DNA of 64,000 nt from assembly GCA_963817895.1 (NCBI GenBank), contig CAWFQB010000005.1:608001-672000 (forward strand). Reading direction: 5' to 3'. Source of the stretch: an uncultured Chthonomonadaceae bacterium. Its GTDB lineage: Bacteria; Armatimonadota; Chthonomonadetes; Chthonomonadales; Chthonomonadaceae. Made by a program: the position numbers and the translations under genes. Shown piece after piece: positions 32,331 to 41,171 of the stretch. Under the pieces are notes generated by a model. It was not told the DNA's origin. It worked only from the letters and a program-made list of their open reading frames with translations, and did no database searches. Numbering within the stretch: position 1 is the stretch's first letter; each line of letters starts with the position of its first letter.

Positions 32331-32540
32331 GCGAACAATGTCATGCACGATGTAGTTCTTCATGGTGTCTTTTGACGCTGTCGCGCCCATATTTTCGCGT
32401 AGTAATATTGTAGGGTCGCCGCCTAACTGAGTAGCCCTCGCAACATCTGCTGGAAGGACAAGAATGACACCTACATGTGGCACTTCATACGCCTTCGGCG
32501 CGGTTATATTGTCTCCCAAATCACTCCATTTGCACTGCAT
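32325..32540 (-). CDS. Short AT-richer hypothetical ORF (possibly a gene fragment)
   Basis: 71-aa ORF with island-like composition; no recognisable motif. Confidence 0.35.
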   Translation of the reverse strand: MQCKWSDLGDNITAPKAYEVPHVGVILVLPADVARATQLGGDPTILLRENMGATASKDTMKNYIVHDIVRG

Positions 32541-32666
32541 AAATGCTTCATCCCTGCTTGGTTGCTGAAATACTGCTGTTAAAATGACGTGGCAGAGGCG
32601 CGGAAAGTGTCACACGTATAATAATTTTTTTCACAAAAACCCTGTAAGAACGATTCTGCATCTGAT

Positions 32667-32780
32667 TTACCTGCCGCCTGCTTCCTGCTTCTCCCCTTCC
32701 CTCGGATATTCCCTCGATTTGTACGCTTCTGCCGATTGCTTGGATACGATGTACCTGCCGCCTGATTTGCCACCACGACT
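32667..32780 (-). pseudogene. 3' remnant of small excisionase-like HTH gene
   Basis: Unlisted frame reads GGKSGGRYIVSKQSAEAYKSREYPREGEKQEAGGR-stop; homologous to 32182-32247. Confidence 0.5.
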
Positions 32781-32839
32781 TTAATAGAGTGGTTGTGTCC
32801 TCTTCCAGTAGAGGAGCGCAGATACAATCGCGCCAATGC

Positions 32840-32859
32840 GGACACAACATGTTGTGTCC
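32840..32859. repeat. Perfect 20-bp palindrome, GTAG-REP-like
   Basis: GGACACAACATGTTGTGTCC followed by CTGC (approximating CTAC). Confidence 0.65.
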
Positions 32860-32947
32860 CTGCAAACATTTATTTGAACGGTATTGCTGCTAAGAACCTA
32901 CGCCAATAGGCATGGTATTCGCGTCTGCAAGACGCTTGCACTTTCCT

Positions 32948-32970
32948 GCCGGGTATTTTCAATACCCGGC
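32948..32970. terminator. Hairpin downstream of the STAND gene
   Basis: GCCGGGTATT-TTC-AATACCCGGC, about 30 bp past the stop at 33002. Confidence 0.45.
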
Positions 32971-33001
32971 CAATTGGGATAAATTCTAAACAGCGCCGGT
33001 T

Positions 33002-36000
33002 TCATTCGGCGGAAAGGGCGTAAGCGACGGCCTGTTCCAGAGTCAGCGCGGTTCCCACTGCCTGTTCCCGCGCAAACGCTTTTACGCCTAACCGGTCGCG
33101 CAATTCGGACGTGATGGCTCCCTGTTCCGCCTGTTCGGTTTCGGAATGAGTTACACCCATCGTCTCACACACAGCGGCGTGAGCGGCATACAGGCGAACA
33201 GCGCGTTTCGCGTCTCCCTGCGCATGGGCAATCGCCGCCAGCGCGTGTAAACTCCCCGCCATGCCGTGCTTATCGCCAATGGCCTGTTGAATTTGCAGGC
33301 TCTGGCGGCATGTGGCGCTTGCCCTGGTCAGGTCGCCCTGCAGTCGCGCAAGGTTCGCCATGTTGTGCAGCGTCATGGCGATGCCCTGCCGGTCGCCGAG
33401 TTCTGTTTTGATTGCCAGACTGCGGGCATAAAGGTCACGCGCTTCCGCAACGTGGCCGCTCGCTTCTGCCACCATGCCCAGATTGTTCAGCGAACCGGCA
33501 ATGCCCTGCCTGTCCCCAAGCCGCTCCCGCAGCGCCAGACTCTCCTCATGGTACGCCTGCGATGCCGCGTAATCTCCCTGCGCGTGGGCAATATTCCCTA
33601 AATTGTTGAGCGTACTCGCAACCCCGCGCCATTGCTTCAATTCGCGCTTGATGTCCAGACTCCGCTCGTACCAATCGCGGGCGGCGGCATAGTCGCGCCG
33701 CATCTGCGTGAGAATGCCCAGATTGTTGTAGGACGCGGCCAGTCCTGCCCGGTCATTGCAGCGTTGGCGTATCTCCATGCCCTGCGTATACAGGCGCTCC
33801 GCGTCTTCAAAATCGCCCTGAAGCTCCGCGACCAGTCCCAGATTGTTCAGCGCGTTGGCAATCCCCTGCTCATGTGCCAGTGTTGTCCAGATTTCCAGAC
33901 TTTCGGCATAGAGAGCGCGCGCCTGCGCGTAATCTCCCTGTATTTGCGCCAACGCCCCGGCTTCGTTGAGGGCGTGAGCGCGGGGGCGCGTCCGGGCTCC
34001 GCTTCCCGTGTCAAGCGCGGCCTGCAAATACCTGCGCCCCTCCTGCACATAACCCCGTATCTGAAAAAATGGGCCGAGCGCCCCTGCCAGCCGCAGCGCC
34101 GCTTCCGCCTCCACGCTCATTTTCTCCCCGCCCGGTTCCCCTGCTGTTTCCCCGTTCGTTTCCTCCACTTCGTGCAGACTCCACGCCAGCGCCGCGCGCA
34201 GGTTCGCGTATTCCGCTTCCAGACGCGCCAGCCAGCGCGCCTGTTCCGGGCCGTGCAGATGCGGCGCGGCGCTTTCGACCAATCGGAGGAAGCAGGCCAG
34301 ATGGCGATTGCGGAGTGCGTTTCGCGCCTGCCGGCTCAGTTTCGCCTCGCCGTATTCCCGCAGGGTTTCCAGCGCGTAAAAGCGCGTCTCAGAGAGTTCA
34401 GTCTGCTCCTGCGCCCCCACAAACGAATGTCCTCGCAATTCCTGAAGCCAATCCCAGACGAAGGATGAAGGAGGAAGGAGGAAGGAGGAATTCTCCTGTT
34501 TTCCCCTCTTCGTCTCCTTTTCTGCTGCTGCCTCTTCGCACACTTCCCGCGCCGCCTGCGCTGTCCAGCCGTTGCGGAATACGGACAGTTGGGTAAAGAA
34601 CTGCTGTAATTCGGGACGCAGCCGCGCATAGCTCCAGTCAATCACGGCCCGCAGCGCCTGATGGCGTGGAGCGACGTTTCGGCGGCGCGTGGTCAGAAAG
34701 TCAAAGCGCTGCTGCAGCGCCTCCAGCATTTCGGCAGGCGTCATCACCTGCGCCCGCGCCGTCGCCAGTTCAATGGCAAGCGGAATTCCTTCCAGCGCGA
34801 TGCAGCATTGAGCAATGGCGGCAGCATTGCCCGGCGTAATCTGAAAATCCGGCTTTACCGCCTGCGCCCGGTTGACGAACATCTGCACGGAAGGATAAGA
34901 AAGCAAGGATGAGGGCATTGCCGATTGCCGATCTTCGATTGCCGATTGCATTTCTTCTGTTCCCTGTCTCCTGTTCCCTGTTCTCTGAAACTCCCCTTCC
35001 TCCTTCCTCCTTCCACCTTCCTCCTTGCCCGGAACGGGCAGCGGCGGCACAGGCTGTTCCTGTTCACCGGGCAGTTCTAAAGCCTGCCGGGAGGTCAGCA
35101 GGCAGGCGAGATTGGGAACATGCGCCAGCAGGCGCTGAACCCATTCGGCTCCCTCCTCGACAAGCGCCTCGAAGTTGTCCAGGATAAGCAGCGCGGGACT
35201 CTCCTGAGCGCGAAAGAAATCGCAAATCTGCTCGAAGGGATCGGTGGAAGCGCGCAGAGGGATATTCAGCGTTCGGCAGAGCGTGGGCGTGAGCAGACCA
35301 ACCTCTTCCACGCCTGCCAGCGACACAAACCAGACCAGCCCGGGAAACGTTGCCTGTACGCGATGCCCGATTTCGATGGCGAGCCGCGTCTTGCCCGCTC
35401 CGCCCATCCCTGTAAGCGTTACCAGCCTCGCGTCTGAGTCGCGCAGCCATTCTGCCACGCGCGCCAGTTCCGCTTCGCGTCCGAAAAAGCGATTTAGAGG
35501 TACGGGCAGGGTGTCCGTTTGCACACGACGCGCATGGAGGGGAGGAAAACTGTGATCTCGCTGTTCCCCCGCTTCGATTTGGAATAGCCTTTCCGGGCTT
35601 GCGCCCTCTTCAAGACGATATTCGCCCAGGTCTTTCCCTCTAAAATCTTTCTCTCCCATACCGGCAGAGAGCGCGTTGCCGAACAGGGCTGCGAAAGGCT
35701 TTGTGCCAAGCGTCTGCCCGCCATGTCCCACTTCCAGCAATCGCAGTGTCAGCGTTCGCGCCGCGCCGCAGTTAGCGTCTTCCTCCGTTTCCACTTCGCC
35801 GGTATGCAATGCCATACACAGCCCGGACGGAGCGCCTTCCGGGGAGTCCGGCTGCGCTTCAAGCGCAACCCGGCAAGCCAGCGCGCAATCCAGCGCATCC
35901 GCCGCGCTTGCAAACAGCCCGACAAAAGCCTCGCCCTGCCGCGCGATTTCAAACCCGCCAAAACGTCGGCACTGATTTTGCAAAATGGCGCGTTGTGTCG

Positions 36001-36679
36001 GGGTGACTGCGAGGCTGGTTTGTTCCGCTGCAAACGCGCTGATAGCCGCGCCCGGATTGCCTGCCGCCAAAATCGTGACCGTTCCCAGTGGGAGTGAAGC
36101 GGGCAGAGGCTTTTTCTGCCCGGTCGGACTGTAATTTGTTGCTGCAAGCGCGCTTTCCTGCGTTGCCGTCAGCAAGGCGTCTAATTGCTCACGCGCCTGT
36201 CGGTAGTTTTCCTCCCATCGCAAACGCTCAGGAGTAATCCAGTCCGCCTCATAATCGGACAGCAGCGGGCCGGTATAGCGTTTCAGCGCGGCTTCCAGCA
36301 GGCGCGCTTTTTCGTAATGGGTGGCTTCTGCCGCCACGCGCAGGGCGTTTTCAAATTCGGTTACGTCGGTGACAATCGCCTCCGGGCGCAGTTGCACAGC
36401 GTGGCGGTCCGTCAACAGGATCGCGCCGGACGCCATGCCCGGCGGCTCCATCTGCCGCCGCAGGGAGGAGAGCGCGGTGCTGAGATTGTTGCGCCCCGCG
36501 TCTGCGTCCAATTCCGGCCAGATACGATCAATCAGCGTATCGCGGAGCGTAGACTTGGTAGCATAATACGCCAGATACGCCAGCAGCAGCGCGGTTTTCC
36601 GGGTGCGAAACCGCGTAATCGTGGTTTCCGCCCCTTCCACTTGCAATTTGTCCAGTAGTTGGATTCGATATGCCGGCAT
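33002..36679 (-). CDS. SARP/BTAD + cyclase-like + NB-ARC (STAND) ATPase + TPR regulator
   Basis: FRTRKTALLLAYLA (SARP); LPLGTVT..ALHTGE (cyclase-like); LVTLTGMGGAGKTRLA, LILDNFE and LEGIPLAIELA; about 8 A.xLNNLG TPRs; intact 1225 aa. Confidence 0.92.
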   Translation of the reverse strand: MPAYRIQLLDKLQVEGAETTITRFRTRKTALLLAYLAYYATKSTLRDTLIDRIWPELDADAGRNNLSTALSSLRRQMEPPGMASGAILLTDRHAVQLRPEAIVTDVTEFENALRVAAEATHYEKARLLEAALKRYTGPLLSDYEADWITPERLRWEENYRQAREQLDALLTATQESALAATNYSPTGQKKPLPASLPLGTVTILAAGNPGAAISAFAAEQTSLAVTPTQRAILQNQCRRFGGFEIARQGEAFVGLFASAADALDCALACRVALEAQPDSPEGAPSGLCMALHTGEVETEEDANCGAARTLTLRLLEVGHGGQTLGTKPFAALFGNALSAGMGEKDFRGKDLGEYRLEEGASPERLFQIEAGEQRDHSFPPLHARRVQTDTLPVPLNRFFGREAELARVAEWLRDSDARLVTLTGMGGAGKTRLAIEIGHRVQATFPGLVWFVSLAGVEEVGLLTPTLCRTLNIPLRASTDPFEQICDFFRAQESPALLILDNFEALVEEGAEWVQRLLAHVPNLACLLTSRQALELPGEQEQPVPPLPVPGKEEGGRRKEEGEFQRTGNRRQGTEEMQSAIEDRQSAMPSSLLSYPSVQMFVNRAQAVKPDFQITPGNAAAIAQCCIALEGIPLAIELATARAQVMTPAEMLEALQQRFDFLTTRRRNVAPRHQALRAVIDWSYARLRPELQQFFTQLSVFRNGWTAQAAREVCEEAAAEKETKRGKQENSSFLLPPSSFVWDWLQELRGHSFVGAQEQTELSETRFYALETLREYGEAKLSRQARNALRNRHLACFLRLVESAAPHLHGPEQARWLARLEAEYANLRAALAWSLHEVEETNGETAGEPGGEKMSVEAEAALRLAGALGPFFQIRGYVQEGRRYLQAALDTGSGARTRPRAHALNEAGALAQIQGDYAQARALYAESLEIWTTLAHEQGIANALNNLGLVAELQGDFEDAERLYTQGMEIRQRCNDRAGLAASYNNLGILTQMRRDYAAARDWYERSLDIKRELKQWRGVASTLNNLGNIAHAQGDYAASQAYHEESLALRERLGDRQGIAGSLNNLGMVAEASGHVAEARDLYARSLAIKTELGDRQGIAMTLHNMANLARLQGDLTRASATCRQSLQIQQAIGDKHGMAGSLHALAAIAHAQGDAKRAVRLYAAHAAVCETMGVTHSETEQAEQGAITSELRDRLGVKAFAREQAVGTALTLEQAVAYALSAE

Positions 36680-36918
36680 GATGGCAATCCTTGCTTGGCT
36701 GTTGCGCTTGTAGGAGTTTTGTAGGAGTCGCGCAGTTATAATGTGGAAACAACAATCTTTCCCTCGACATCCACGCGGGGCGGCGGGTTCTGCTAATAGA
36801 CCCGGCGCACTGCGTCAATACGCTTGTCACCTTTTCTGTGCTGAATTTCGCATTCGACGAGGAATCTCCTGCCTGACTCGCGCGTATCTGTCCTCTGCTT
36901 CAAATACACCGGCAAAAT

Positions 36919-36957
36919 TTCAGCACAGCCGCCGATTTACTCGGTGGCTGTGCTGAA
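36919..36957 (-). terminator. Probable intrinsic terminator of the Mn-catalase gene
   Basis: 17-bp stem TTCAGCACAGCCGCCGA / TCGGTGGCTGTGCTGAA followed by ATTTT on the minus strand. Confidence 0.6.
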
Positions 36958-37014
36958 GTATGTCAAACAGCAGCGCTTTGCGTTCCTGCGCGGCGATTAA
37001 CCAATGATATTCGG

Positions 37015-37914
37015 TTAAATCGGAAACTTGCCGAACATCTTTTTGGCAATGTCGGCGAACATTTCCGGGTCGCCGTAGGGCGCGGCCAATTGCGGTTCGG
37101 CAGGCAGGTCGGGATAGGGGACTCCTTCGGGGAAACCGTCTACCACGCGCAGTTCCTGACCATCTTCCGGGTGCGGGCCGTTCCAAATTTCGCCCAATCG
37201 GTTGTAGTCGTGCAGGCTGTAGCGGTACATGATGGTGTGCAGCCCCTGCTCTTCCAGCTTCCGCGCCTCATCGTATTTCTTGTTGCTCAGGTCGGGGATC
37301 GGCAGCAGTTTGCCAACCTCAACCCCGGTCAGCTTTTCCAGCGCTTTGGCGTAAGCGACAATGTGGATTCCGCCCCTGACCAGCAGATAGCCGGTCAGCG
37401 CGCGTCCGGTCGGATCGTCGCACATCTCATATGCGCGCATTTTATTAGCGCGCGCCCCGCACTCCAGAAAGAAGTTGTGCAGCAGGTCCATTTTCAGGTT
37501 GCCTGTTGCCGTCACATACGCGCCCGTCCACGGGTTGCCCATGCTGTCATACGGCAGCGCGGCCTGTCCGCTGGCAAGAAAATGGTAGGCATACCGCTCA
37601 TCCGCCGCGCTTTTCAGGGGCGTGGCGTCGGGATTGGTTCCGCGCGTTGTCGCGCCATTGAGCAGCATGTTAATGGCGTACGACACCAGTTCGATATGCC
37701 CGTACTCTTCCGCCGCGATGTTGGCAATCAATTCGTAGAAGGGGCGAATTTCCGCTCGTCCGCGAAAGTTGAACGACTGAAACGTGTAGTTCATCAGCGT
37801 AGACATTTCGCCGAACTTGCCGCCCAGCAGTTCCTGAATGGCGGCGGCAGATTTGGGCGAAGGGTGCTTCGCTTCCGGCAAATCAATCAGCAGCTTTTCC
37901 ATACGTAAAATCAT
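37015..37914 (-). CDS. Manganese catalase family protein
   Basis: QELLGGKFGEMSTLMNYTFQSFNFRG, IAAEEYGHIELV and RGGIHIVAYAKALE. Confidence 0.93.
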   Translation of the reverse strand: MILRMEKLLIDLPEAKHPSPKSAAAIQELLGGKFGEMSTLMNYTFQSFNFRGRAEIRPFYELIANIAAEEYGHIELVSYAINMLLNGATTRGTNPDATPLKSAADERYAYHFLASGQAALPYDSMGNPWTGAYVTATGNLKMDLLHNFFLECGARANKMRAYEMCDDPTGRALTGYLLVRGGIHIVAYAKALEKLTGVEVGKLLPIPDLSNKKYDEARKLEEQGLHTIMYRYSLHDYNRLGEIWNGPHPEDGQELRVVDGFPEGVPYPDLPAEPQLAAPYGDPEMFADIAKKMFGKFPI

Positions 37915-38168
37915 GGTGACACTTCTTTCTGTTCAAAGGCAGGCTCAAATACATCCGCGTACAGGCAAGCGGCGGGCAATGCCGCTTGTTTTGCATACAG
38001 CAGAACACCGGCCTTCCCGCGCGCAGATGTTTTCATTGCCAGATGCGCACGGCTAAGGGCGGGTTTCTTCTCCAATTTACTTGCGCTGTTCGCGAATGTT
38101 GTCCTACTAAAGAAGTGTCTATGATTACCTATTTTCGCAGGGAAATGCAGGTCACTTTTGATGTATTT

Positions 38169-39296
38169 TCAGCGGGCGATATGATGGTTACTCAACAGGG
38201 GAGCCGTGGACGCGGCGATGGGAGCGGCAGTAACCGGCGCGTGATAGGTAAGCGGCAGCAGGGGAAACACGAGTTCGGCAAACCGGTACGCCTCTTCCAG
38301 ATGCGGGTAGCCGGACAGGATAAACGTGTCAATTCCTAATGCGGCGTACTCCCGCATCCGCTCGGCGATGATTTCGGGATTGCCGACGAGGGCCGTGCCT
38401 ACGCCCGGACGCGCGAGTCCCAATCCTGCCCAAAGATTGGGGCTGACGTGTAAATTCTCTCTGCTGCCGCCGTGCAATTGCATCATGCGGCGCTGTCCCT
38501 CGCTGTCACGCCGGATCATCAGGGCCTGCGCCTGCGCGATTTTGGCGTCATCCAGATATTGGATTAAGTCGTCCGCCGCCTGCCACGCCTCGGCCTCGGT
38601 TTCGCGGACAATCACGTTCAGGCGGATGCCGAAACGCAGGGTTCGGCCCTCCCGGTCTGCCGCTTCCCGTACCCGGTCCAGCTTTTCTTTCACCATCGCG
38701 GGCGGTTCGCCCCACGTCAGGTACACGTCTACATGCTTCGCCCCAACCTGTATGCCCTCTTCCGAAGAGCCGCCGAACCACAGGGGCGGATACGGCTTTT
38801 GAATCGGTTCATGCGCGTTGACGCCGCCCTCGATTCTCAAAAACTCGCCCGCAAAGTCCGCGCGCCCATCACGCAGCAAACTCCGCCAAATGGTCAGAAA
38901 CTCATCGGTGACGGCGTAGCGTTTATCGTAGGGAACGAACACCCCGTCCCCGGCCATATCCTCGCGCCCGCTGCCCGTGACCACATTGATAAGCAGCCGC
39001 CCGTTCGACATGCGATCCAGCGTTGCCGCCATCCGCGCCGCCTGTGAGGGCTGCATAATGGAGGGGCGTATGGCAATCAGAAATCGCAACTGCCGCGTGA
39101 CCGCCATCAACGCGCTCGCCACAACCCACGCATCCTCGCACCCCGCGCCTGTCGGCAGCAGCGCGCCATAATAGCCCAACTGATCCAATGCCTGCGCGAT
39201 CTGCCGCAAGTAGTCGAACGTCGCCGCCCGCCTGCCAATTGGCGATCCGAGATACCGCTCGTCGCCCGATGTGGGGAAAAACCAGAGAACATCCAT
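38169..39296 (-). CDS. ssuD: FMNH2-dependent alkanesulfonate monooxygenase
   Basis: WFFPTSGDERYLG, CEDAWVVASAL, RLLINVVTG, YLTWGEPP and FILSGYPHLEEAYRFAELVFP. Confidence 0.92.
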   Translation of the reverse strand: MDVLWFFPTSGDERYLGSPIGRRAATFDYLRQIAQALDQLGYYGALLPTGAGCEDAWVVASALMAVTRQLRFLIAIRPSIMQPSQAARMAATLDRMSNGRLLINVVTGSGREDMAGDGVFVPYDKRYAVTDEFLTIWRSLLRDGRADFAGEFLRIEGGVNAHEPIQKPYPPLWFGGSSEEGIQVGAKHVDVYLTWGEPPAMVKEKLDRVREAADREGRTLRFGIRLNVIVRETEAEAWQAADDLIQYLDDAKIAQAQALMIRRDSEGQRRMMQLHGGSRENLHVSPNLWAGLGLARPGVGTALVGNPEIIAERMREYAALGIDTFILSGYPHLEEAYRFAELVFPLLPLTYHAPVTAAPIAASTAPLLSNHHIAR

Positions 39297-39796
39297 TACA
39301 AAAAGTCCTTCAGATTGAAGTTTGTTCTGCCGCCGCTATCACAGGGAGTATCTCGCCACAGCGTCATCCGCTACGCGCTATCACCAGCGGAATAGCGTTT
39401 CTGCGCCACAAATCTGCAATTTTGGTGTCACATTGAGAAAACCCGAACTGAATTCTTCCTGAACGCGCCGATTAATATGAATTATGCAATATACTATCAA
39501 TATGCGCTGATTTGCGCATAGCTGTATGTTGTCATCAGGCAACCCGCCGTGAACCTGTTGAATTGCAAACATTGGAAACTTTGGTTCTGTTCAGTCAGCC
39601 TGAATGATTGTACCACCCAATTCAGCAGAGCTTACCTTTTCAAATACGGGCTGCGCATTGACCTGATCAAACCATCTTCTGCCATTTCAACAGCAGACGG
39701 TTTGCTAACGCGCCTGTGACAACAAGCCACGCGGCAGGCGCGTTCCCCTCATCATGTACCACTTGCAAGACTTCCTGTTCTTAATCGGAGAAGATT

Positions 39797-40545
39797 ATGA
39801 CCCCATCTATGAGCAAGCGGGCAATCGCGGAATTCATCGGCACGTTCTGGCTAGTTTTCGGCGGCTGCGGCAGCGCGGTGCTGGCCGCCGCCTTTCCCAA
39901 AGAGGGTGTCGGCAATCTGGGCATCGGCTTTGTGGGCGTTTCGCTGGCCTTCGGGCTGACCGTGCTGACAATGGCGTATGCCATCGGCCACATTTCCGGC
40001 TGCCATCTGAATCCCGCCGTTTCCATCGGGCTGTATACGGGCAAACGCTTTCCCGCTTCCGACCTGCTGCCCTATATTGTCGCGCAGGTGCTGGGCGGCA
40101 TAATGGGCGCGGGCGTTCTGTATTTAATTGCCAGCGGCAAAGCGGGATTTCAGTCTGAGCGGGCGGGTTCGCGTCCAACGGCTACGCCGACCACTCTCCC
40201 GGCGGCTATTCCCTTGTTTCCGCGTTTGTCACTGAAGTGACGCTCACGTTCTTCTTCCTGCTCATCATTCTCGGCTCCACGGATGGCCGCGCCCCCAAAG
40301 GCTTCGCGCCCATCGCCATCGGCTTCGGCCTGACGCTGATCCATCTTATCGGCATCCCCGTCACCAACCTGTCGGTCAATCCGGCGCGGAGTACCGGTCC
40401 GGCGGTTTTTGTCGGCGGGTGGGCGTTGGGGCAATTGTGGCTGTTCTGGGTCGCGCCCATCATCGGCGCGGCGTTGGGAGGGATCGCCTATCATGCCCTC
40501 GCCGGTGATGGCAAGGCGGAGGAGCAGATTGTCGGTGACGCCTGA
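39797..40545 (+). CDS. aqpZ: Aquaporin Z, frameshift near 40165
   Basis: [30 protein letters not shown] and [15 protein letters not shown] (two NPA motifs). Confidence 0.93.
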
Positions 40546-40612
40546 GCCGTGAACTGTTCGACCGGGAACTGTCTGAAATCGTTTGCGGTATCAACTAGCA
40601 GGAGGCGATATT

Positions 40613-41044
40613 ATGGCGAACGATATATCTACGGACAACGCGGTGAACGCAAGCGATAAAGTGGAGAAGACAGATGCGGAGTGGCGGGCGGAACTGACGC
40701 CGGAGCAGTACCATGTTCTGCGGCAGGCAGGCACGGAGCGGGCATTTACGGGCAAATACTGGAAAACCAAAGACGATGGCACGTATCTGTGCGCCGCGTG
40801 CGGGCAGGAGTTGTTCACGTCCGCAACCAAGTTCGATTCCGGCTGCGGTTGGCCGAGCTTCTATGACGCGATGGACAGCGGCAAAGTGACCGCCCGCGAA
40901 GATAACACGCACGGCATGAGGCGCATCGAAGTGCTGTGCAGCCGTTGCGGCGGACACCTCGGACACGTCTTCAACGACGGCCCCAACCCGACCGGCCTGC
41001 GCTACTGCATCAACTCCGAAAGCCTGAACTTCAGCAAGGAATAA
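40613..41044 (+). CDS. msrB: Peptide-methionine (R)-S-oxide reductase
   Basis: [29 protein letters not shown] and RYCINS; AGGAGG RBS. Confidence 0.96.
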   Translation: MANDISTDNAVNASDKVEKTDAEWRAELTPEQYHVLRQAGTERAFTGKYWKTKDDGTYLCAACGQELFTSATKFDSGCGWPSFYDAMDSGKVTAREDNTHGMRRIEVLCSRCGGHLGHVFNDGPNPTGLRYCINSESLNFSKE

Positions 41045-41059
41045 GACGCAAACGAATGT

Positions 41060-41162
41060 AGCCGCGAATGAACGCGAATAAACGCGAATGGTTAGAGACA
41101 TCTTTGCAGTTTTTTGCCTCTTTGCGGTTTATATTCGCGTTCATTCGCGTTCATTCGCGGCT
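41060..41162. repeat. 10-mer repeat palindrome (GCGAATGAAC)n...(GTTCATTCGC)n
   Basis: 30-bp arms at 41060-41089 and 41133-41162; a solo left arm occurs at 587-616. Confidence 0.9.
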
Positions 41163-41171
41163 GTTTATCTT

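Noticed and set aside
27885..32780. Island as a classical integron
   Set aside because: No intI gene and no convincing RYYYAAC...GTTRRRY attC palindromes seen in the spacers
26834..32882. 13-bp direct repeat TTATTTGAACGGT (26834 and 32870) as att sites of the island
   Set aside because: Each copy sits beside a REP-like element, the interval includes a host-like GC-rich isomerase gene, and no integrase or tRNA is present; more likely ends of another small repeat, though not excluded
39297..39796. 500-bp ssuD/aqpZ intergenic region as a riboswitch or sRNA
   Set aside because: No recognisable SAM or other riboswitch consensus by eye; an Rfam/Infernal scan would be needed
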